64,000 nt of DNA from assembly GCF_006345805.1 (NCBI RefSeq), contig NC_043006.1, forward strand, positions 84,754,001 to 84,818,000, in the 5' to 3' direction. This document shows, piece after piece, positions 13,017-26,319 of the stretch. The notes beneath the pieces were generated by a model. That model was not told where the DNA came from. It was given only the letters and a program-made list of their open reading frames with translations, and did no database searches. This DNA is from Octopus sinensis (taxonomy: Eukaryota). The stretch's first letter is position 1. The number at the start of each line of letters is the position of its first letter. Position numbers and translations under genes: made by a program.

Positions 13017-13295
13017 TGATCACGAGCAGAAGTAATGGGGGAGCATCATTGCCATGTGTTGAGAGGAATTCTTTGGGGTTTGACTAATTCACTTCTGGAA
13101 ACATATGTGTTCCGTTCATCATCCTTAAACAACCCTTATTCAGGGACCTTTTGAGCAGGATGAGCTACTCAACCTGAAGAAAATTCCAACTGGGCTTCAC
13201 CTACAAGGTCATGTGTTGCTTATCTTAATATGAGATCACCATGTCATGCACATGTGGTTGTGATGCATGTGCCGCATGCACTGCTCTCTCACCCA
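13017..13295. repeat. Unclassified interspersed repeat, family F
   Basis: Shared with 15004-15407 (same orientation) and 17378-17620 (inverted). All copies abut (AAT)n or (ATT)n. Confidence 0.75.
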
Positions 13296-13477
13296 ATAAC
13301 AACCACCACCATCATTATTATAGAAATAATAATTTCAGAGGAACAAGGCCAGAAATTTGAGAGGAGATAAGTGATTAAATCAACCCCAGTACTTGACTGG
13401 TACTCTCTCAACAGGATTTAAAGTGAGAATATAAAGGGCCAGAATCAGTGATGGTAGTAGTGTTGGTGGTAATGATA

Positions 13478-14015
13478 ATCATCATCATCATCGTTTAACG
13501 TCTGCTTTCCATGCTAGCATGGGTTGGACGATTTTGACTGAGGGCTGGCGAACCAGATGGCTGCATCAGGCTCCAATCTTGATCTGGCAGAGTTTCTACA
13601 GCTGCATGCCCTTCCTAATGCCAACCACTCCGAGAATGTAGTGGGTGCTTTTTACGTGCCACCGGCACGGGGGCCAGTCGGGCGGTACTGGCAACAACCT
13701 CGCTTGAATCTTTTTACACATGCCACCGGCACAGGTGCCAGTAAGGCAACGTTGGTAATGATCACGCTCGAATGGTGCCCTTTTACATGCCACTGGCACA
13801 GAAGCAAGTTGGCTGCTCTGGCAACGATCACGCTCGGATGGTGCTCTTGGCACTCTACTAGCATGGGCACAAGTGCCAGTAAGGCAACACTGGTAATAAT
13901 CACACTCGAATGATGCCTTTTATGTGCCACTGGCACAGAAGCCAGTTAGCCGCTCTGTCAACAATCACACTCATATGGTGCTCTTTCCACCCCGCTAGCA
14001 CAGATGCCAGTCATC
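13478..14015 (-). mobile_element. Family C (RTE 3' end) with expanded internal tandem array
   Basis: (CAT)n tail at left. About 6-7 degenerate ~55-60-bp units (..gtgccac.ggcac...ccagt...ctgg.aa.gatcacgctcgaatggtgc). Confidence 0.8.
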
Positions 14016-14719
14016 GAGGTTATTATGATGGCATTAAAGATGATGCTGATGATGATGACAATATGGATGGTGACAATGATGATGCCTATAATGATAACAA
14101 AAGATAACGACAAATTCAAGTATGACAATGATGATTGCAATGTAAACATTATTAACTGATAACTCTTCAAAAACTAGTGTCCAATATATTCATCATCATC
14201 ATCATCATCGTCATCACCATCATCATCATCATCATCATCCTGCTCCTCCTCATCATCATGGTCTACTGTCCATTTACTAATAATATGTAGTGTTGATAGG
14301 CACACACATACACACACACGTGATGTGTAGCTAAATAAAAGGATTTAATATCTTAACAGAAGAGCATGTATGAAGACAAAGAACAGGCGTTTGGTAAACT
14401 AGATATTTATTGCAAAAAAAAAAAAGGGTGAAAAAGTAAACTAAAACCCTAAATGGATAGAGAAAACAAACACACAAACAAACACAAAAAGAAAAACACT
14501 CAAACACAAATGCATAATATGACATGGATCAATTACCAAAAGACATCTTCCAGCAGAATAGTAACACTCCTGGTTATTAGAATTGCTGAACTTAACAAAG
14601 TAGCACCAACATAAAATAATAATAGTATTATATCAACATGCCTTGTCAAAATGAAAAACATTAATTACTTAACAAGATCGTTATCATCAGAATCATCATC
14701 ATCATTGTAATAATAATAA

Positions 14720-14985
14720 TGTGCAAATTATTGTTGGGTCTTTGGGGACAGTATTGGAAAGCATCAAGAGGAATATAGAGGAAATGGGAATAGAGTGCCC
14801 GGTAGAACTGTTACAAAAGGTTTGTCTCATTGGCACAACCAGAATAATCAGGAAAGTATTAGATAGTTGGAAAGAACAGATAGCATGGTACCATAGGGTG
14901 CAGGTAGCAAGCCAGCTACTCGTGTAAGACTTTAGGAATTTCAACAAAACCAGAGTTTAAAAAAAAAATTTTTGTAAATAAAAAA
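14720..14985 (+). mobile_element. R4/Dong-like (RLE-encoding) LINE 3' fragment
   Basis: IIVGSLGTV...MGIECPVELLQKVCLIGTTRIIRKVLDS resembles the RLE C-terminus of the R4/Dong clade. Flanked on both sides by (TAA)n. Confidence 0.7.
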
Positions 14986-15003
14986 TAATAATAATAATAA
15001 TAA

Positions 15004-15459
15004 ATGCCCTGATGCAGTACCAGGCAGTGGCTCTCATGGCTTCTGATCTAAACTGATTGGAAGTGTTACCATGTACATTGTTTTGTCTTTGTATAAAAGA
15101 TGGGCTACAGCAAATATTCTGCTCAATACCACAGATTTGCTTGTCAGTTGTTTGACCTTAACCAGTTGAGCATGTCCCTTACTGGCTGATGATATGTGCA
15201 TCTCTGATCATGAGGAGAAGTAGTGGGAGAGCATCATAGCCATGTGTTGAGAGGGATTCTTTGGGGTTTGAATGAATCAACTCTGGAAACATGGGTGTTT
15301 CATTCAACATCCTTAAACAACCTTTATTCAAGGACCTTTTGAGCAGGATGTATTACTCAACCAGAAGAAAATTCTAACTGGGCCCCACCTGCAAGGTCAT
15401 GTGCTGTGAATTATCCAAACCCCAAAGAATCCTTCAAAATAGATGGTTCATATGATGCT
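15004..15459. repeat. Family F repeat with terminal inverted partial duplication
   Basis: Matches 13017-13220. Segment 15408-15459 is a diverged inverted copy of 15231-15279. Confidence 0.7.
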
Positions 15460-15884
15460 TGGCTGCATTTAACTTACAAACTATACCATTGGATATCCAT
15501 GATTGCTTTTAACTTATAAATTAGATCTAGTCCATTGGTTTTAATCCAGCCAGTTAGATTAACATTATTAGTATTAACTATTAACTTGAGCTTGGCTTAT
15601 TGGTTAGATCAACCAATTACACTACTTTGACAGGAAATTGAAGCAGAAGAGCATAAAATAAAAGATAGAAGCAAAACAAAAAAATACTTCCAGAAGAGAA
15701 GAAACATTACTGAGATACGTTTTACAGGTTATAGCAAAAGGGAAGAAAGTGTTTGGATCAGTTATTTGACATTTAACCGTTCTTAGACTGACTCTTAAGA
15801 AATGTCAAGAGTACCATGAAGTCAGTAGCAGGTCATACAGATTGAAAAGTTATGGAGAGATGAGAAGGAAGGTATGGGGTTAGC

Positions 15885-15966
<82 letters not shown>

Positions 15967-16063
15967 TGGGGAAAAGTGAGATGAGAAAAGGTAAAGAAAG
16001 GTGTAGTGAGAGCAGAGCTTGTCAGCACTGCCATATAATCAAAATTTTTAAATTGCAAACATA

Positions 16064-16472
16064 GGCGCAGGAGTGGCTGTTTGGTAAGTAGCTTGCTAAC
16101 CAACCACATGGTTCCGGGTTCGGTCCCACTGCGTGGCGTCTTGGGCAAGTGTCTTCTGCTATAGCCCTGGGCCGACCAATGCCTTGTGAGTGGATTTGGT
16201 AGACGGAAACTGAAAGAAGCCTGTCGTATATATGTATATATATATAAGTGTGTGTGAATGTGTTTGTGTGTCTGTGTTTGTTCCCCTAGCATTGCTTGAC
16301 AACCGATGCTGGTGTGTTTACGTCCCCGTAACTTAGCGGTTCGGCAAAAGAGACCGATAGAATAAGTACTGGGCTTACAAAGAATAAGTCCCAGGGTCGA
16401 TTTGCTCGACTAAAGGCGGTGCTCCAGCATGGCCACAGTCAAATGACTGAAACAAGTAAAAGAGAAAAGAGA
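16064..16472 (+). mobile_element. SINE family A, full length, young-looking
   Basis: CpG-rich copy with intact A and B boxes. Confidence 0.9.
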
Positions 16473-16490
16473 ATATATATATATATATGC

Positions 16491-16937
16491 ATCTGTAAAA
16501 TATATGTGACAATTATTCAGTAGCCATGATAAAACTCCAAGTTTCAGATGTCGGGGTGAAACTCAGAGTTTTATCATAGTTACCAAATAATTGTCACATA
16601 TTACATTTACAGATAAATTCCTCTATTCATATAATATCGAGGTCTCTTTCATTCTTTTGTTGCCTTACCATTTCTATCAACATATATATATAAATTCAGA
16701 GGACTGACCACTAAAATTGGACAGCCTATATGCTATTTTCATTTGTCTTGCTTATTTTTACATTTTGGTTTTTTGTTGAGATTTTTCTTGAGAACACATT
16801 CTTCGTGGTAATGTCGATTTGACGTCTATGTTTAGCATATAGGCTGTCCACTTTTAGTGGTCAGTCCTCTAAATTTTTGTATGTAACACAATTTTTAATC
16901 TTCAGATTTTTCTACCCTTATTTAATTATTTCATTAT

Positions 16938-16979
<42 letters not shown>

Positions 16980-17221
16980 ATATAATTGTTAAAGAGGACA
17001 ACAAACGTTAAGGCAAGCCAAACATCTCAAGTAATCTTGAGATGTTGCTTTGCCTTAACGCTTGTTGTCCTCTTTAACAATTATATATCCGCTATATCAG
17101 AGATCTGCAATGGCTCCATAACTACCATCTCAGTTATACAACCTTGGAGCCTTTAGTAATCCATTACAGCACTTTCCTAGCATGCCTATTCATTTAGATC
17201 ACCTGTGAACTAAACCCTCAT

Positions 17222-17226
<5 letters not shown>
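16491..17226. mobile_element. Chain of three different (TA)n-embedded fold-back elements
   Basis: Inverted repeats 16491-16546/16557-16614, 16692-16735/16833-16876 and 16980-17031/17036-17087. Each has a one-sided unique extension and they are separated by TA runs. Confidence 0.65.
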
Positions 17227-17266
<40 letters not shown>

Positions 17267-17377
17267 CCACTAGGGTCAATATAATCAACTAACATCCTTC
17301 CCCTAAAGCTGTTGGCCTTCTGCCAAAATTTGAAACCATTATTATTTTTATTTTTATTATCATTATTATTATTATTG

Positions 17378-17620
17378 AGTGAGAGAGTAATGCATGCCAT
17401 CAATGTGACACTGGGGTACAAATATACAAAGCCCAATATACCCATCATAACAACCAGTCTGATAAGGGTACATCAGACACCAGCATTACAACCACACATG
17501 CATGACATAATGATCTCATATCAAGATAAACAACAAATGACCTTACAGGTGGGGGGCCCAGCTAGAAATTCCTTCAGATCAAAAAGTCCATCCTGCTCAA
17601 AAGGTCCTTGAATAGGGTTT
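17378..17620. repeat. Family F repeat, inverted orientation
   Basis: Reverse complement of the family F distal part (cctgctcaaaaggtccttgaata). Confidence 0.7.
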
Positions 17621-17737
17621 GCCCAGAAATGCTTTGTCTCCCTTACTAGTAGTCCATATCTCTCAATCTTCTTCAATAATTCATCATAAACCTTATTGTC
17701 AGCTAGACAAGACACTACCATTACTACCCGTGGTCTT

Positions 17738-18075
17738 CATCATCATCATCATCATCAGCATCATCACCATCATCATCATCACCATCATTATCATCATCAC
17801 CATCATCATCATCATATCAGCATTGACAATGCTGATATGATGATGATCATCATCACCATCATTGTCGTCACCATCGTCATCATCATTGCATTGTCATTAT
17901 CAACATCATCATCATCAACACAGCAGCATTGTCATTGTTATCATCATTGTCATCATCATCATCGTTGTCGTCATCACCATCGTCATCATTATCCTCATAA
18001 CCATCGCTGTCATTATCATTGTTGTCATCATCATCATTGTTATCATTATCATCATCATGATTGATATCATCATTG
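17738..18075. repeat. Degenerate (CAT)n tract
   Basis: Directly visible. Confidence 0.9.
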
Positions 18076-18750
18076 TCTTAGTCACTATCTGTCTTCATGA
18101 TATACGACTAGTGCGAGTGGGCGTATTGTAAATTATTAATTGTGTTACTATGTAACTGTTGAATCTTTCTGTGGTCCATTGTTAAACGAAGACGATGATA
18201 GTGGGAGATGAAGAAGACGTTGGCTAATCAAATACATAGAAATTTAACAAATTTCAATAATAAATTATATAAACAAACAAAAAACAAACCAATGTGAAGT
18301 GTCACAAATGAGCAAACAGCATCACAAAAATACACAAATCCATGATTAAAACAAGTCGTTGGCCATAACAAATGTGATTTCGCAGTTAACTGCAATGCTT
18401 TCTATCTTAATAAAAAATTTTATATAAAAAGGAAAATGTAGAAATCAATAAGCACGAACCACAAACCAATATATATATATATAGAAAGAAGACAAAAATC
18501 TTCTTTGTCTAATTAAAAGTATTTGCGATTTAATTAAAATGATCAGTCATAGCAATTTGTCAGGAATATTTCGTCTCACTAGAGAAAGGAAACAACATAT
18601 GTTAAGCATGTCATCTCCTACTGACCCTTTGTCTCCAATTTTTTTCCCCTTCAACAAAGGATTTTAGTCTGAAATGTTGAATTCCCCTGCTTCATACATA
18701 CAGCATACAATTAATTATCTTGTATAATATATATATATTATAAACAACTT

Positions 18751-18980
18751 ATATTATTATACCCACTACAGAAATAAGTATTTCTGTAGTGGGTATAATA
18801 ATATGTGGAAATTGACGATTTAAAAGTCTGTTATCAGCATATTGGCATAGAATTAATTTTCTTTTGCCCTTGTTTATAATTTTAACCTATAAAGATATTT
18901 CAATATGCTGCCACATTTTTTTGATGAAATTTTTTTCTGTAAAAAAACTTCATCCTATATTAGTAGTAGATTTATTATAT
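18751..18980. mobile_element. (TA)n-embedded module with a perfect 26-bp hairpin
   Basis: 18751-18776 and 18779-18804 are exact inverted repeats with a 2-nt loop. Confidence 0.55.
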
Positions 18981-18994
18981 ATATATGTATATCA

Positions 18995-19078
<84 letters not shown>

Positions 19079-19089
19079 TGTGTTACGTA

Positions 19090-19340
19090 TGAGAAGACCC
19101 CTTTTGGTCATGAATGACCCTCCCCTCTCCACACCACTCATGATATCCAAGGGAAAGGCAAAGGCCAATACAGCTGGGCACCAGTGACATCTCAGCTCAT
19201 TTCTACAGCTGAGTTAACTCAAGCAACATGAAATACAGTGTTTTGCTCAAGAACACAACATGCAGCCCAGTCTGGGAATCGAATTCATAACCTCATGATC
19301 ATAAGCTCAACGTTTAAACTACTGAGCCATGCACCTTCAT
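19090..19340 (-). mobile_element. SINE family D, internally deleted
   Basis: Matches 2509-2846. Confidence 0.75.
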
Positions 19341-19389
19341 ATTTTACATATATATATGTAGTATATCATATGCATATGTATATATCATA

Positions 19390-19770
19390 TCTTTTATCTT
19401 TTACCAGTTACAGTCATTAGACTGCAACCATCATGCTGGAGCACCACCTTGAGCAATTTTAGTCAAGTAAATTGCTGCCAGTACTTTTTTTCTTTTAAAA
19501 GCCTGGTACTTACTTTATTGGTCAATTCTGTTCAACTGCTAAGGATGGGAATGTAAACACACTAACACCAGTTGTCAAACAGTGGTGTGGGACAAACACA
19601 AAGTTACCTGCACACACACACATATTATATATATGTGTATGTATGTATTTATATAAATATATACAATGGGCTTCTTTCAGTTTCCATCTACCAAATCCAC
19701 TCACAAGGCTTTGGTTGGCCTGAGGCTATAGAAGACACTTGCCCATGGTGCCACACAGGACTAAACTTGG
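19390..19770 (-). mobile_element. SINE family A-related
   Basis: gggcttctttcagtttccatctaccaaatccactcacaaggcttt. Confidence 0.75.
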
Positions 19771-21162
19771 AAATATGTTCATGTTTCATTATCTACCTTG
19801 CCTAAGGTTCGTTATCCACTACAGGTATTTCTTTATCCTCTATAGGCATTTACATGCTACAGGTGCTTCCTTGGAAGTGTTTCATTAAATGTCTACAGTT
19901 ATTTCTCTATATCCAACAGGTATTTCATTATTATTACCTGCAGCTGTTATTCAGGGTCTTTTTCAGTGCTGTCAGTGCCACGGGATCTGCCTATCTCTTA
20001 TGGGCCTTCTCAGCCATGACCATTCCCATGAGAAAGAATACTGGAGACAAAGGAGGAATAATGTCTTGGATTGATGTTTTCATCACCTTTGACAAGCTGT
20101 CATAAGCACATTAGACAGAATTTGAATGCTAAAGGGTTAATTATCTATGTACAGGTGTTTCATTGTATATCACCTGGATATAACATTTTAATAGACATTC
20201 ATCACTTCACTCCAAATCCCAATAGCTTATGGGAGAAAAAGGTACACTATAATCTCTAGCAACCTATCCAGGGGTGAGCAGTTTACATCTAATCCTTGTC
20301 TATTTTTATACCACAAAGCTATATTAGTCAATTGTACACATCTAGGAAATACAACAGCAACAATAACAACAACAAAAATAAAATTGTAGTAGAAAAACAA
20401 TAAAAGATGAAGAAAAAATTAATAATGTTCTTTATCATTCATTAGTCTTCAGTCATCTTGTAACAGGTATCACAATGAAATATTAATTAATACTACAATG
20501 ACCAGGACACAAACTCCAACTTCACTCTCACCACTTATATATATAACACATACACACTAACACATGGTCACCAGAAAATAACAGCCCAATCTCCCTTAAA
20601 TTGCATCCACATGTTTGCACAGGCGAATAAGGGAGCCTCTACAAGGTTGCCAAAAAATAAGCAGCCAAATCCCCACCAAATCCACCCCACACCCCACACA
20701 CACATGTATACATATTACTGTTTTAGAAAATGATATGGTGGGTATTGTAAGCCCAGGTTTTGTGAGATTGTCATGGCAGGAATGCCTCTGATCACATGTT
20801 TGCTTAATCAGAGCTCACCTGACATCTAACAACCACACACACACGTTCATGTGTACACACACATACATGCACACATTGACACACACACAGACACCATACA
20901 TGCATGCATGCACACACACACTGACACATACACACAAGCACACATGACAGAAGATATACTTTGAAGTTAATAATCAGGATGTTAGCAACCTGTTTTTCCT
21001 GTACAAAACAAAAAACCAAATTTTCTTGCAGCCACATACACCTCCCTTCATCACACCAGACAATGCTGCAAGTCAATACAGAAATCTCTTGGTATTCAAT
21101 CATCTTGCTAGAAATAGCAACAAAATCTCCCTCAAATTACACAGCTCAGTAGACTTAGAAAA

Positions 21163-21200
<38 letters not shown>

Positions 21201-21259
21201 GTGCACATTCACATGCATACACACACATACACACAGGTAGTGGTATGTCTGAGTTCCCA

Positions 21260-21408
21260 TTACGCCGAGGTCGATTTTGCCTTTCATCCTTTCGGGGTCA
21301 ATTAAATAAGTACCAGTTATGCACTGGGGTCGATATAATCGACTTAATCTGTGTTTCTGTCCTTGTTTGTCCTCTCTGTGTTAGCCCCTTGTGGGTAGTA
21401 AAGAAATA
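21260..21408 (+). mobile_element. 5'-truncated SINE family B with a perfect 18-bp TSD
   Basis: ggtatgtctgagttccca at 21242-21259 and 21409-21426. Inserted in the head of an old family A copy that continues to ~21735. Confidence 0.85.
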
Positions 21409-21774
21409 GGTATGTCTGAGTTCCCAACCTCATGGTTCTGGGTTCAGTCACATCGTTTCTTCTATTATAGACTCAGGCTGACCAAAACTTTGTGAGAGTA
21501 TTTGGTAGGCAGAAACTCTGTGAGTGTGTGTGTTTGTCCCCTACTGCTTGACAACTGGTGTTGGTCTGTTTACATCCCCATAACTTTGCAGTTCAGCAAA
21601 AGAGACCAACAGATTAAGTACCAAACTTAGAACCCAAAAAACAGGCACTGAGGCTGATTCATTCAACTAAAATTCTTCATGGTGGTGCCCCAGCATGGCC
21701 ACAGTCTAATGACTGAAACAAATGAAAGATAAAAATTATATATATATATGTAGGCATAGGCATGGCTGTGTTTA

Positions 21775-22157
21775 GGTGCAGGCGTAGCTGTGTGGTTAAG
21801 AAGCTTGCTTCACAACCACATTGTTCTAGGTTCAGTCCCACTGCATGGCACGTTGGGCAAGTCTCTTCTACTATAGCCTCACGCTGACCAAAGCCTTGTG
21901 AGTGGATTTGGTAGATGGAAACTGAAAGAAGCCCATCTTGTGTATATGTATGTTTGTGTGTCTGTGTTTTTTCCCCGCCGCATCATTTCTTGACAACTGA
22001 TGTTGGTGTATTTATGTCCTTGTAACTTAGTGGTTCAGCAAAAACGACCAATAGAATAAGTACTAGGCCTACAAAGAATAAGTCCTGTGGTCAATTTCTT
22101 TGACTAAAGGCGATGCTCCAGCATAGCCACAGTCAAATGACTGAAGCAAATAAAAGA

Positions 22158-22160
<3 letters not shown>
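21775..22160 (+). mobile_element. SINE family A, full length
   Basis: Complete head, centre and 3' end. Confidence 0.85.
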
Positions 22161-22193
<33 letters not shown>

Positions 22194-22446
22194 TGTTTTT
22201 GCTGTTTTTACTGAGATCTCCCTTTTTAGTAGAAGAAATAGCTATAACCCTTTGACTGCTATTTCTAAATTCGGTATGTGGTAAGGCAACTCATTGCTAA
22301 ACCCTTATTGCTTAGTATATATATATATATATATATAAGCATATATATTATATATAATATATGTATATATGTTTAAGGCGGTGCTCCAGCATGGCCAGTC
22401 AAATGACTGAAACAAGTAATAAAAGTGTATATAGTTATATATATAT

Positions 22447-22486
<40 letters not shown>

Positions 22487-23009
22487 ATATGTATGTATGT
22501 ATATATGTTTGAATAATATTGTGGTGGTCATGACTGGACTGCCTTTCATCATAGGGATCTGCTCAGTTGGAGTTGACCTGGTGCTACAACAATAACAACG
22601 GCAACAACATACAGCTGCATGTTACATCAGATTTCATCATGTGTGAAAGTATAGCATGTCAGTCTTTCTCCTATACCCCATACCTACCTACCACCACTAC
22701 CACTACCACCACCACCACCACCACCACCACCACCACCAGCACAACCTCCACTATCACAATGCAAACTTCCCACTGCTATGCAACATGGTGCATGGTGACC
22801 AGCGGTGTCATCAGGTGACTGCTGCACTACCTGATCACCATAGCAACTCAGCCAACTCCCTAAGTCTAGTCCAGTCTGGCCCAGTCCAGTTGGACATACT
22901 TACATCATCCTACCAACCTTGACCCCACCCTCTTCTCTTTCTCTCTCTCTTTTTTTTCTCTCTGGAATAGAGGAGTTGTTATAGTGACGGTGAAAAACTA
23001 TCTCTCAAT

Positions 23010-23560
23010 GATTACCACCACCACCACCACCACCATCAACACTTCCAAGATCACCGTCGCCACAACTACCACCACTATCACCACAACCATTGTACCATTA
23101 AGACTACTAGTGCCATCACTGCTACTTTTACTAGCAGTGCTGCCACCACCACCATCACCTTCACCACAACAACAACACCACATACTAGTGGTACCACTGC
23201 TACCAAAACTATTATCACTACTACCACAACTGCCACTGCCATTACTACAACCACTCCTACTAGTGCCTTCACTACAACTATTACTAGTGTTACTGCTGTG
23301 GCATCATCACCACCACCACCACCATTATTAACACTGTTAGTATCACTAGTTCCATAATTACAAGCATCATCAACCACTACTACCACCAAAACTGTTACCA
23401 CTACTACCACAACTACTATAACCATTACTACTGGTGCCATCACTATCACTATTTCTAGTGCTACTACCACCAACACTACAACTTGTGACACCACCATTAG
23501 TACATTTGTTACCACTACCACTATTGTTACTACTACCAGTACCACTGCCACTATCACACC
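23010..23560. repeat. Degenerate (CAC)/(TAC) trinucleotide tract
   Basis: Directly visible. Confidence 0.9.
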
Positions 23561-23949
23561 TTTCTCTCCCTGTTCTTAAACTTGGTAACCAAGCAACCAG
23601 CAAGACTACAAGACAACTTCCTTACTCTGCCACTTATTACAACTTCACCTTTTGTTTTTCACCTACCCACCTACCTCCTTACCTACCTATCTACCTACCT
23701 ACTTGCCCACCTACCTATCTACTGCAGTAGCACATCAAGGTAGATCTGAGCAGGTAGCTGCCACACCTGTTTGAGACAATTCCTACACAACACCACCACC
23801 ATCACCACCACCACTACCAGGGCCATCACCATCGCCACCACTGTCAGCAGTACAACACCGCCAACACCATCATGGCAATATTATCAATAATTATAATAAT
23901 GCTAATGAAGAATGAGCAACTTATTAATACAGAACCATTGCTATATATA

Positions 23950-24777
23950 TTTATTTTATAATGCAAAAGGTGAACTATAGCGTCGCTGTTTAGTTACACG
24001 TTTCCAACAGACCAATTATCGGTTTCCTGCATTTCTGATGATAAGGGGGGAAAAGGGTCACTGGTTCCCTGAATATCTAATGACAAGAGTGACAGAGGAT
24101 TGTCTACCTTGGTGTGACAAATACCAATGCAGGCACAGTTCCCTCTGAGTCATGTATGAGCTTGCATGCAGACATGCATTTTGCACTCAGTGCACACAGG
24201 GAACTAATATGTACCCAAGAAAATAGAAATTGATGTGTGCATAAAAAGTTAGGTCCCTGAAACAATGCATTAATTAATTAAGCAAATCAAATATAAAAAC
24301 AAAATCAAGTACAAAAACACAACAAAAGTCCATGGGATGTTCACAGTTAATATTCCCCCGCAATCCCTCTACACTGACGGAGTGGTTGGCATTAGGAAGG
24401 GCATCCAACTGTAGAAACACCGCCAGATCAGACTGGACCCTGGTGCAGCCTCCTGGCTTCCCAGATCCCGGTCGAACTGTCCAACCCATGGATAACGGAC
24501 TTTAAATGATGATGATGATGATGATGAAAGACAAAAGGCAAAGCTGACCTCTGCAGAATTTGAACTCAGAATGGAAAGACAGATGAAATTCTGCTAAGTA
24601 TTTTGCATGGTGCACATTACTTTATTATGTAAATGGTGAGCTATAGCGCCCTTGTTTAGTTACACGTTTCCAACAGACCAATCATTGGTTTCCTGCATTT
24701 CAGATGTAAAAGGGTGAAAAAGGGTCACTGATTCCTTGTGTATCTAATGACGAGAGTGACAGAAGATTGTCTACCTT
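23950..24777. repeat. Local direct duplication of ~160 bp (23950-24110 and 24618-24777)
   Basis: Shared tgtttagttacacgtttccaacagaccaat...gagtgacaga.gattgtctacctt at an offset of ~666 bp. Family C and B fragments lie in between. Confidence 0.85.
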
Positions 24778-24787
24778 CTTCATAGTT

Positions 24788-25115
24788 AGGTGCATGTCTC
24801 AGTGGTTAGAGCATTGGGCTCACAATCATGAGGTAGTGAGTTCGATTCTTGAACCAGGCTGTAAGTTGTGTTCTTCAGCAAACATTTTATTTCCAAGTTC
24901 ACTCATCTGTAGAAATGAGTTGTGATATCACTGATGCCAAGCTGTATTGGCCTTTGCCTTTCTCTTGGATAACATCAGTGGAGTGGAGAGGGGAGATTGA
25001 TATGTATGGACGACTGAAGCAACCTTGACTGGACTTGTGCCTCGGAGGGGAACTTTCTAGGTGCAACGCCATGGCCATTCATGACCAAAATGTGGGGGGT
25101 GGGGGGTCTTTAACC
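24788..25115 (+). mobile_element. SINE family D, full length
   Basis: ctcagtggttagagc (A box), gagttcgattc (B box) and the family D body. Confidence 0.8.
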
Positions 25116-25269
25116 TTTATTATTCACAGTTAATGTTATTAAGCCGATTGCAAATCATTCATTAGCAATGATTTCAAAATCAGAAGCTTTGAAGAATGTC
25201 AACAATATTGTAATAGTTTGTCATTATGACTCGAAGTTTGATTTGTTTTGAAACAGGACAAAATATTTT

Positions 25270-25580
25270 TAAGGCAACAAGCTGGCAGAATCTTTACCAC
25301 ACAGCATTTTGTCCCATCTTTACATTTTGAGTTTAAAATCTATTGACGTTGACTTTGTCTTTTATCCTTTCAGGGTTGATAAAAATATGTGCAAGTTGAA
25401 CACTGGGGTTGATATAATCAACTTATTCTTTCCCTGTAAATTATTGGTGTTATGCAAAAATTTGAAATCAATATTCATCCATAACAAAGTCGACCTCAGC
25501 TGAATTTGAACTCAGACAAAATTCTGGAATTCCACTGAGTATTTTACCTGGCATGCTAATGAGTCTGCGAGGAGCTGCCT
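25270..25580. mobile_element. Two diverged SINE B copies, tail to tail
   Basis: Plus copy at 25270-25470, minus copy at 25485-25580. Confidence 0.6.
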
Positions 25581-25994
25581 TAAACACCAGATTAATAATG
25601 ACAAAGATATTTTAATAGATTTTCCATTACTTTAAAAATAAACAAAGGCAAATATGGTACCATATTTCTCTTGAAATATGGTACCAGAATTTTAAATAAT
25701 AACACTTGTCATCATTTATATCTCAGAAAAATCATTCAAGTGTCAAGGCATCAACAGGTTTCAGTCCCCAAAGAGTTAAGATTTTATTTTAAGGTTTTGT
25801 TTGTTTTTTTTTTCCTTAGTTTTCTTTTTTTATTTATTTCCCTACTGATGTAAAGATTTATTCAACTGTTGATGTAGTATTTCCGATTGTTTACAGACAT
25901 ATCACTTTTGATGAAGATTACGATGGTTACCAACCTTGACTGCATTCTCTTGAGATTAAGCCAACATATATATATACATATATGATGATGATGA

Positions 25995-26027
<33 letters not shown>

Positions 26028-26279
26028 TACATGTATAAACTTGTATTTAACTTTAAAATTGGGCTTATCTCAATGAAAAAGGGCAAAATGAAACAAAAAT
26101 AAATGATATATTAATGAGTGTGTGCATATGTATTTATGTACATGCATGTGTGTGTGTATATATGTGTGTGTGTATACATGTGTGTGTGTGTGTGTGTGTA
26201 TGTGTGTGTATACATATATATGTAATATATAAATTTAGATTTGTACATACATACATATATATATATATAGACATACACT

Positions 26280-26319
<40 letters not shown>

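Noticed and set aside
13650-14015. CRISPR-like repeat/spacer appearance
   Set aside because: The whole unit is repeated and degenerate, there are no unique spacers or cas genes, and it lies in a retroposon 3' UTR.
22243-22260. GAAATAGCTATA hammerhead 3' half in a TA-flanked module
   Set aside because: There is no intact CTGANGA upstream, so it is only suggestive.
24035-24065. CTGATGA...GAAA as a hammerhead
   Set aside because: No stems form and the core is not kept in the duplicate copy.
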